Source: Macrostomum lignano (taxonomy: Eukaryota). Taken from it: DNA of 64,000 nucleotides. Location of the stretch: positions 248,001 to 312,000 of the forward strand of contig NIVC01000093.1 of the NCBI GenBank assembly GCA_002269645.1, written 5' to 3'. This document shows, in pieces, positions 49,502 to 59,800 of the stretch. The position numbers and the translations under genes were made by a program. The notes below the pieces were generated by a model, which made no database searches, had not been told where the DNA came from, and worked only from the letters and a program-made list of their open reading frames with translations. How positions within the stretch are numbered: the first letter of the stretch is position 1; each line of letters opens with the position of its first letter.

Positions 49502-49796
49502 GGAGTTCTAAAATTAGCAATCTGGAGCGGAAACGAGTTTTACCTCATGAGGCCACGACGCCAATTGTAAAGAATAAGGAGCCAGCACTGAATGTCTATG
49601 GCTCTGTCTATGCAAGGAGTTCTATAATTAGCAACCTGGAGTGGAAACGAGTTTTTTACCTCATGAGGCCAGACTAGCATGGACAGAGTCCGACAGAGCC
49701 ATAGAAATTTAGTGCTGGCTCCTTATCTTAACAATTTGCGTGGCCTCTCATGAGGTAAAACTCGTTTCTACTCAAGGTTGCTAATTATAGAACTCC
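49502..49796. repeat. Short palindromic element (about 105-bp arms) with a third direct copy in the spacer
   Basis: 49502-49608 is the reverse complement of 49692-49796; 49616-49670 repeats the start of the left arm. Confidence 0.8.
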
Positions 49797-51468
49797 TTGG
49801 GCAGAGCGTTCTTTGGGGCTGTGGGGTTATAACCATAGACAATTTTTTTTCATCAAGTTGCCACATATTTGAAGGGAAAACATCAAGGCAAATTTAGCGG
49901 GCAAATAAAGCCATATAGCTACATAGATACACTAAGCACGTGATTTTCGTTTTTCGAGCCCACTTTTTTCCACTAAGTCTGACAGAAGCGATGCTAAAAA
50001 AATCAATAATCTATGAAGAAGATTTTCGTGTTAAAAGGAACGTAAAGGATTAAAAATTTAGCACGATCTTTTTGTTAATTAATTATCTCTGATATTTTTA
50101 CTTGCAACAACTTCTATTCGAGCTGAAAGCAGTAAACTTTGTGCATTATACACTTCAGTAATTTCAAGTGCTGTAGGCACCCTGCTAGCGCAAAGCCTTC
50201 GGCGACATATCGTCCCACAACATTAGCGCCGAGGCAATTCTGCACATTCCGCTGACTCCACATACAAGGGCGCCAATACTGTACGCAGGCAATAGGCATG
50301 CACTCGTACATGTACACACGCTCACACAGCTGGAATTTTCATCTTTTATTTTAATATGCCTCGGCTTTCGTATAGCTCTATTGATATTCATAGAGCTTTT
50401 CGTTTAGAAAATTAGGATTGTACATGTATGTTAATTTTATATCCTAGTCAATGCTATGTACCCTAAAAATCATAAAAATGCAACTGTATGAACTTATTTG
50501 ATCAGTACTGTTACAGGCACATGACACTGTTACACAGTCTGCCAATAAAATAAAATATATTCATCAAAACAATAAGCCAAATTAATAGATTATTAGAAAT
50601 CATCAAAAGATGAAAATTGGGTTTGCCTCCTAATAAAGACAATAAAAAATTTTGTGCTAAAAAAGAAATCCTCTTCTTATCTCTCTAATGTATTTTTTTT
50701 AGAAAAAAACCAGCCTCCTAAATTTTTCCAAGAATCGTGGTTACCCGTTCTGTTTTGTTAGTCCATGGTTCAACTAATGAGAGCCAACGTTAAATGTACC
50801 TGTCAATGCAAGAAAGCCAGGCTATTGTACAGAATGTACACTCTGAATGAGCGTGTGCCTCATTGACTTGCAGCAGTGCCCCCGTTTTGACTTTCGCCGT
50901 AATGTAATGTAAGAACAATATTTTCGCGGAAAATAAGAGAAGTATTATATTAAAATTATAATTTTTTCTTATAACTGCGTTAATGAAGTTAGGAAAATGA
51001 TGCCACCGACTTTATTTTATATTAGTTACCTTAGTTGACATTAAATATGAGCAATACTTGATAAATTTTTTATTCGAACAATACAGTAATAATAGTGCAA
51101 GAAGCACAAAAAATGATTAGAAAATACTGAATTTTATCATACAGTACCACGGAACAGCTGCAACGGAAGTTAAAATTACAAGAGCAAAATCTTGAAAAAT
51201 CGAATAGTTGCTACGCAGGATAAAATGATTTAAAAGTTACCAGCTTAGTTAGAAATGCATTGTATTGAGCTGTCAAAGTCAACTAACATATTCTTACAAA
51301 AATTACATTGAAGTTTTATAAATGCCTATGATTTATTTTGAGCTAGAATAGGGGTACAAACGAAAGAAATTAAATAGAATAAAATAAGTTTAAAAAAAAG
51401 AAAAAACGCTGTCGAAGTTCAATTGCACAACAATAAGTATTTGCTGCAATCTTTTGAGTTATTGATTT

Positions 51469-54400
51469 CTAAGAAACATCCCACGTGCCCATCGACGTTC
51501 TAAATCGACGACCAGCAGCGCTGATGCGCTTTAGCTGACGGCCTGGTGTGGCCAACCAGCTGGCGACACGATCGGATGCTGTTGACGAAGATTGTCGAGG
51601 CACGAAATTTGTCTGCTGAGACGGCGGCGGCGGCGGCGGAGGAGGCATGAGAGAAGCCGAAGGTGGAGGAGACGACGGCGAATGCAGCCAGGCGGCTAAA
51701 TTGTGCAAACTGGCGCGCCGGCGCTTAGCAAGTCGTTGGCGCCGTTCGGCGGCGCGCCACATTGCCATCTCTTCTTCAGCTAGGCTTGGCACTCCGCCAA
51801 TAGACCGCTCGTCTGTCAGACTATCGTCAAGTTCATTTCGACTCCGATGCCTACTTCTAGGACGCTGTTGTTGTTTAGGAAACACCGGAGACCAGCGACG
51901 ATTGGCAGCTGCGGCCAGCTGCTGGTACTGCTGACGCGAGCGAGTGAGCTGAGACGATAAATCGTCGATTCGAGCTACCAATGCCGAATTAGTTGCCTTA
52001 GCTAAGTCAAGCTCTTTTCTGCACTTTTCCAATGTCAGCGCGTCAAGTAGCGAAGAAGTAGTCAAAGGCAATTGCAACTCTTCCTCATCCGTTGCTTCTG
52101 CTTTTGCTGGTTTGGGGTTGATGGTAGCATTAGACAGTCGGCCGGCTCTACCCACACGAAAGGAACAGTCATTGTCCTCCGAGATTCCGCAACCAGCGTG
52201 TAAGCAGTTGTTCCTGCTGTGAAAGTTCAGCTCTGATAACAGTTCATCATCCTCGTCTTCATCTAAATCGTCCGCATCTACCGGGGCGTAGGAGGTGACA
52301 GCCGTGTATCGATCAAACGTCTGGTCGAGTCGCGCCTCAACCTGTTTGCCCACCTGTAGTAGGGCCTGAGATGGCGAGTCAAGTGAAAAACGCACTACAC
52401 CTTCTGCAGTTCGATTTGAAACTTTTTCAACATCGCGTTCAACGCGGCTATCAACCTTGGTGCAACTTGACGAAGTAAGTCTTTCGGTTGAAATTGAATA
52501 AGAATCAAGGCGGGCTTCGACGGCTCTACTGACGACAGTAACCGGATTAATATCGAAGTCCGAAGTGGTTCCAGTTTCTTTATCGACACAGACGGGCTTC
52601 AATGGTTCAATGCGGATTTCAATTCCTTTGTCGACACAATCCGGTTTTGGAATTTTAAGACAAGTTCCGACTTTTTTGCTTACACAAATTGGCTTAGGTA
52701 GTTCAAAAGATTCTCCGACATTTTTGTCGATGCAAACAGGCTTAGGCGGATCAAGACAGGCTTCGACCTCTTTGTCGGCACAAAGTGGCTTTGGCGGATC
52801 AATGCAGGCTTCGACCTCTTTGTCGGCACAAAGTGGCTTTGGCGGATCAATGCAGGCTTCGACCTCTTTGTCGGCACAAAGTGGCTTTGGCGGATCAATG
52901 CAGGCTTCGACCTCTTTGTCGGCACAAAGTGGCTTTGGCGGATCAATGCAGGCTTCGACCTCTTTGTCGGCACAAAGTGGCTTTGGCGGATAAAGACAGA
53001 CTTCGACCTCTTTGTCGAGGCAAACTGGTTTAGGAGAAGTAATATTAACACCGACTTTTTTGTTAACACAAATCGGTTTAGGCAAGAGGATGCAAGCGTT
53101 AATTTGTTTGTCAAGGCAAACAGGCTTAGGCGGTTCAATGCAGCAGGCCTCAACTGAGCGATCAATAGTGACGGGATTCAAGTTAGCTGAAATGCCAACA
53201 TCTGAGCAGCTGGGACCTCTTACTCCACACCGACAAAGATAAAGTTCTTGTTGCAACTCGGTTAATTGCTTATTGTTGATCTTTTCTCTCTGATCAGCCA
53301 ATTGTAGCAGCTGTGTAGCCTCGTTTAACTGCGCATTTAGAGAGTCAACATCGGCCTAAAAAGTGAACGATAAACATTTTAACTGTATAATTACGGCCTA
53401 TGAGATAGTTATGGAAAGTTAACGGTGGCCCAGCAACTGGATCTGTGAGGGTAGCCCTGGCCTAGCAACTGAGGATCTGGGAGGCTGGTAGCCCAGCAAC
53501 TGAGGATCTGGGAGGCTGGTGGCCCAGCAACTGAGGATCTGGGAGGCTGGTGACCCAGCAACTGAGGATCTGGGAGGCTGGTGACGCAGCAACTGAGGAT
53601 CTGGGAGGCTGGTGACCCAGCAACTGAGGATCTGGGAGGCTGGTGACGCAGCAACTGAGGATCTGGGAGGCTGGTGACCCAGCAACTGAGGATCTGGGAG
53701 GCTGGTGACCAGGAAATGAGGATCTGGGAGGCCGGTGACCCAGCAACTGAGGAGCTGGGAGGCTGGTGACCCAGCAACTGACACTCTGGGAGGCTGGTGA
53801 CCCAGCAACTGACACTCTGGGAGGCTGGTGACCCAGCAACTGACACTCTGGGAGGCTGGTGACCCAGCAACTGAGGATCTGGGAGGCTGGCCCAGCAACT
53901 GAGGATCTGGGAGGCTGGTGACCCAGCAACTGAGGATCTGGGAGGCTGGTGACCTAGCAACTGAGGATCTGGGAGGCTGGCCCAGCAACTGAGGGTCTGG
54001 GAGACCGCTCCCCTACATGGAGCTTAGATCCCAACCTGAAGCCGATCAGCCTTTTCCACTGCTTCCGCCAGCCGCGCCTGACTCTCGACAGCCTCGGTCT
54101 GGCCGCGATGCCGCAGTTTCGCGGCAGCCGCCTCGGCCGCGCGATTAGCTTCAGCGACTCGACGTCGAGATCGTTTGGCGTCGGTTAGAGCGTCCTCGAG
54201 CGCCGCGCGAAGCTCGTCGGCCACGTCAGCGGAGCGAGCGCATTGGCATTCCAACTCGGCTACGCGAGCCTCCAGCCTGCAGCGTGTCAGCTCGCTGGTG
54301 CGCAGGCGAACTTCGAGCCAGTAGGCCGCAGTCTCAGGATCCCGACCGTCGGTTGTGGTAGCGGAACTATCAAGAATTTCGACAGTTGCCACCGGCTTTA

Positions 54401-55476
54401 GCTGTAAATAAAATACAGAAAACAAGGGATAAATCTGCATCATTTCTTAAATGCAGACAAGCGATTCTCATAGGAGTCTAGAGGGCGATTCTTATAGGAG
54501 TCTAGAGGGCGATTCTCATAGGAGTCTAGAGGGCGATTCTCATAGGAGTCTAGAGGGCGATTCTCATAGGAGTCTAGAGGGCGATTCTCATAGGAGTCTA
54601 TAGGGCGATTCTTATAGTAGTCTAAGAGGGCGATTCTCATGAGTCTAGAGGGCGATTCTCATAGGAGTCTAGAGGGCGATTCTCATAGGAGTCTAGAGGC
54701 GATTGTCAAAGGAGCCAGAGAGCAATTCTAAGAAGCCTAAAGTACAATTCTCAAAGGAGAATTTCGACAACAATGAGAATCACCTTGGCGGCTGAGTTCA
54801 AGTCGGCGGCCGTGTCAGCAGCAGAAGCGGCAACAGGCTTGGCCGGCTTCAGAAGACAGTGGAACAGATCGCAGGTCAAATTCGTGCCTTCCGTCAGGCT
54901 GAGCAGCGGCCGAAGCGAGGCCACCGCCCGCGGCTGCAGCTCGTCGGGCAGAGCGTCGGCAGCCGCGGCGGCAACCTCGAGGGTGCGCGGCTGACGAAGC
55001 CAAGCGGCCAACAGCAGCACGCAGGCTTTCAACAGTTCCCAGTCGCGTCGACGACAAGCGGCATCGTCGTCAACAGAATCGACAGACTCCACAGCGACTA
55101 TTCGATCCCAGTCTAATACTCGAACAGAGCCGTACGGAGTTCGAAAAGCTTTATCGAGATATTCTTCTAGGCAGGCGAATCTAGGCAGAGCCGTTTCTAA
55201 CGGCCCGTGACAATCGCCTGCGCTCCAGTCGGGGTCAACTCGGGTCACCAGTTCCAACAGAACGGATCCGTCTACTAAATCGGCAAAATTTAAGCTTGCA
55301 TTATTTGATTCGTCAGACTGAGCCAGCAGCGATAGCCATTGCAGGATGCACATCTGAGCGTCCGGGTCTGCTTCTACATCATTAGCATTAGTCGAGCAAA
55401 TACTACAGACTGAAGCTGATGTAGCGGCCTCTGTCGCAACACTGCCGTTACTGTTCGATGATGCTTGAGTTGCCAT
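51469..55476 (-). CDS. Hook/Girdin-like N-terminal CH domain + coiled-coil protein with internal Cys-rich 16-aa repeats; exons 54784-55476, 54036-54401, 51469-53355; about 981 aa
   Basis: Phase-0 GT-AG joins. N-terminal FADLVDGSVLLELVTRVDPDW and WELLKACVLLLAA resemble the Hook-family CH domain, followed by heptad-rich helices. The family call is by eye. Confidence 0.68.
52745..52990 (-). repeat. Coding 48-bp tandem repeat (DPPKPLCADKEVEACI), about 5 near-perfect copies flanked by degenerate ones
   Basis: Unit ggcggatcaatgcaggcttcgacctctttgtcggcacaaagtggcttt; keeps the reading frame of ORF 51469-53301. Confidence 0.93.
53425..54000. repeat. 28/31-bp minisatellite, intron 2 of the Hook-like gene
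   Basis: Unit g(a/g)cccagcaactgaggatctgggaggctggt; same family as CYFIP intron 2. Confidence 0.95.
54465..54710. repeat. 24-bp minisatellite, intron 1 of the Hook-like gene
   Basis: Unit gagggcgattctcataggagtcta. Confidence 0.93.
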
Positions 55477-55659
55477 GCGGAAGTAAAATCCAAGACAGAA
55501 ATTTTCAAAGCGGATTAAGTAATGACAAAAATTCATATCTTTTGTCGCCTAAAAATATATACCGTAAAAGTAAGGAAGGTTAAAAAGGGTCCTAAGAATT
55601 GTATTTGAATTTGCTTCAAGATTGAAGAGGAAGCGGTTGATAAATATCATATCAATATG

Positions 55660-56040
55660 AGATGAGTGTCGGACAGTGTCAGATGAGTGTCAAGTGAGTG
55701 TCCGGTGAGTGTCAGATGAGTGTCCGGTGAGTGTCAGATGAGTGTCAGATGAAGGTCAGATGAAGGTCAGATGAGTGTCGGGTGAGTGTCAGATGAGTGT
55801 CCGGTGAGTGTCAGATGAGTGTTGGACAGTGTCAGATAAGTGTCGGACAGGTCAGATGAGTGTCGGACAGTGTCAGATAAGTGTTGGACAGTGTCAGATA
55901 AGTGTTGGACAGTGTCAGATAAGTGTCGGACAGGTCAGATGAGTGTCGGACAGGTCAGATGAGTGTCGGACAGTGTCAGATAAGTGTTGGACAGTGCCAG
56001 ATAAGTGTTGGACAGTGTCAGATGAGTGTCGGGCAGTGTC
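55660..56040. repeat. 19-21-bp minisatellite between PAICS and the Hook-like gene
   Basis: Unit gtgtcagat(g/a)agtgtcggaca and variants. Confidence 0.92.
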
Positions 56041-56813
56041 ATTTGAAGTCGGACAGTGTTAATCATGAGTCCTATGAGATTCAAATCAACCTCAATATTA
56101 GAAATACACAAGGCAAATAAACAAAATACAAGACACAAATTATAATAACGTGCGTTATGCAAAAAGATGTTCAATTTTGGAGGGAATTTCCTAAACGCCA
56201 TTCTTGTATTGTAAATCAATTTTAATCAGATGGATAAAAAGTGGAAAAAGTTTCTTTATAAGTTCTTATCAAGTTTTTGTAGCGTCCAATAGAATAATAA
56301 CAAATAAACAAGCAGCAAAAGTTATAACCGGAATTATTAATTGCTTTATTATTAAAAATGAATAAATTACCGTCACCGTAGATGTTAAAATATGATTTTT
56401 GTATAAAGAATCGAAGCTGAAACTAATGGAGATTCAATCGATACAGACATTGATTGGTTAAAATTGAAAACTTGAAACACATGTTTAACCTACAATAAAC
56501 TATTGATATAAATGAATTACTTTAGATCAGAGAACACATAAAGATCTAGCCACTAGCCACTTTTTAAACAACACTCCGTTGGGGAGGGGGTTTAGGCCAT
56601 AGACAAAAGCTCGGAACTAATTAGAGAGCTGATGTACAATGTTAAAATCCCATAGAATCAACAATAGTTTGGGCCATAGACAACACGGAGCAAATTTTCT
56701 GATCAAGCTTGGATGTCAAAAGTTTGTCTATGGCCAAACCTATCCTAATTCTGTAGGCTCTCAACTTTGCACGACAAAAGCAATACCAACAGGGTCACAC
56801 TATCCAGCTAAAT

Positions 56814-59800
56814 TCACTGACTCTTGTTAACCGACTCTTGCAGCCGTTCGTCGTCGCGCAGGACTCGAACCCAGGCGGTCAGCTGAGCAGCTCGCAGTCT
56901 AGCCCAAACAGAGTGCTCAGTAACGCCTGTAGCCAAGATCTGCGCAGCAGCCAGGGCGGCAGCATTAGCGCCAAGCACTGTGACGCAGCCAAGGCCGGAT
57001 GGCATTCGCAGAGACGAGCCCAGATCCCAGCCAGCCCAGTCTGCGCTAACTGGTGGAGCGTTAATCACCGGAGCGCACAGGTTGCCGCTGAGCACGGGGC
57101 CAAGGCCGTTGGATCGGCCAGCCACGGCTATGACAGCTGTTGGGCCTCTAGCCGGGTCCGAGGCCAGGGCGCCAACCTCCAGAGCAAATCGGGTAGCTTT
57201 GTGAGCTGAGCAGACTCGAATGTCCACCTGTCATGACGTTTGAGGGGGCATTGTGTTGATTAATGAGTTGGGTGAATGGGACACCAGGACCTGAAGGAAC
57301 CAGAGACAATGGACATCAGCATCTGAAGGAACCCCAAGACAAAGAATATCAGCACCTGAAGGGACCCAAGACAATGGACATCAGCACCCGAAGGAACCCC
57401 AAGACAATAGACATCGGCACCTGAAAGAACCCCAACACAATGGACATCAGCACCTGAAGGAAACTCAAGACAATAGACATCAGCACCTGAAGGAAACTCA
57501 AGACAATAGACATCAGCACCTGAAGGCCCCTAAGACAATAGACATCAGCACCTGAAGGCCCCTAAGACAATAGACATCAGCACCTGAAGGAACCCCAAGA
57601 CAAAGGATATCAGCACCTGAAGGACCCAAGACAATGGACATCAGCACCTGAAGGACCCAAGACAAAGGACATCAGCACCTGAAGGAACCCCAAGACAAAG
57701 GATATCAGCACCTGAAGGACCCAAGACAATGGACATCAGCACCTGAAGGAACCCAACCGACATAAGCACGGTAGCTACAAACCTGCTCCACTCCCAGTTT
57801 GCGCAGCTCGGCAGCAATGCTCTTGCAATAGTCAGCATCAGTGGCCGATCCCATAGCAATAATGACGCGACCCTTTGGCGAACTCAATACGGCTGGCAAT
57901 TTGTCGGCAACCCATTGGAAATTGCGCAGCACAGCGCGGAGTCCGTCGTCGGTGACTTCGGCCATGTCACGGTAGACCTGCTTGTCAACCATTAGGCGCT
58001 TGTCGCCGCCAGGCCAGAGTCGCCAAGAGTCGCTGTCAATCACGTCAGCGAGTAGTATTTCGCCGGTTTCGGCATCAACGCCGTATTCAACCTGCGAATT
58101 AAGGGGGGGATGGAGGCGTCAGACTCTCGCGCTAGGACCCCTGATTTGAGTCTGTGCGCGGCCTCACCCAAAAATACAGGCAGCACTAATTAGATGACGA
58201 GGCATTTAGCCCTAATATTACAGTTAAAGTTACTCCTGCCGTTTACCTAAAGTCTGCAGATTCTATTTGTTGCTTGCAAAACCTAGACAGTGTGCTCAGA
58301 AGGAAGGCAGCATCACGGGACGGGTCTTCATACAGTTTTTATTCCAACTGTCAGAAGAGGGAGCCCGTGTCTTGTCATCACCGCAAGCACTGTCTGATAA
58401 TAAGTTGTTTAGCTTCTATTGTGCTTTATATACTTGCTTAAAGAGACAATCTTGGAACATAAATTAGCTAATGAAGCGGCTCAGAAGGAAGGCAGCATCA
58501 CGGGACGGGTCTTCATACAGTATTTTTAATCACTGTCAGAAGAGGGAGCCCGTGTTTTGTCATCATTGCCACAAATAGCTATATTAATATAATCGCCGTG
58601 ATTTGTAGAAATAAAAGAATTTTTAGCACCATTTTTTTCGCTCAGAAGGAAGGCAGCATCACGGGACGGGTCTTCATGCAGTTTTTGTTAAAACTGTCAG
58701 AAGAGGGAGCCCGTGTCTTGTCATCACCGCAATTACTGGTGCTTAAAATATTCACGACGCATAAAGTGTCAGTTTGCTGGGTAATGCTGCACAGTCACTT
58801 ATTTATCTAGACATTGCACAGCGACCATTGCAAACATTACTGCATTGTAGGCTGATGCAGAAACATAGCATAACTGAACCCGTCATCATTTGGATACAGA
58901 CAGAGCTCAGCTTCACCAATAACAGCCAAGAACATAACGATGCTTTGCTCAAATCGACAGGCGATGAGATTCTCGAAAAATATTAGGCCATAACACAAAT
59001 AATTCAAACTACGATTTACGCATAGTTAAGCTGCAAATTTTTAAATCAACACCTGATTCGCTCAGAAGGAAGGCAGCATCACGGGACGGGTCTTCATACA
59101 GTTTTTTATAACTGTCAGAAGAGGGAGCCCGTGTCTTGTCATCACCGCAAGCAAGGTGTTAAGATTGTTTTATGCCAGCAATGACGTCAAGTAAACACAT
59201 TTCCTCTCAGCAGCCGTAAGTTAAGCAGATTCGGCGATGGTTAGTATGCATTTTAACTAAATTAATCTGTCATATTAACAAGAACTCTGGATATTTTAAG
59301 ACTGCTTTATCATAATAAACACCTTATTTATGCTCAGAAGGAAGGCAGCATCACGGGACAGGTCTTCATGCAGTTTTTGTTAAAACTGTCCGAAGAGGGA
59401 GCCCGTGTCTTGTCATCACCGCAAATAATGGTGCTTAAAAGATTTATGAAGTGTCAGTTTGGTGGGTAATGCTGCACAGTCACCTATTCATCTAGACATT
59501 GCACAGCGACCATTGCAAACATAAAGCTACATTTATTGTAGGCTGATGCAAATTTATTGCCTAACTGAACCTGTCAATATTAAAAGTAAATACAGAGTTC
59601 AGCTTCACCAATACAGCCAAATAAATAGAACAATATTTGATTTTAGTTATTGGCATTAAAGCGGTTAAAATACAATTGTAGCAATACCTCTTTTTGCTCA
59701 GAAGGAAGGCAGCATCACGGGACGGGTCTTCATACAGTTTTTTATAACTGTCAGAAGAGGGAGACCGGGTTTTGTCATCACCGCAAAGCAGACCCGTTGG

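Noticed and set aside
58292-58390. U14 (SNORD14) identity of the C/D RNA
   Set aside because: It overlaps the U14 domain B target, but the register points to the A six nt downstream of the U14-guided C, and no U14 domain A sequence is present.
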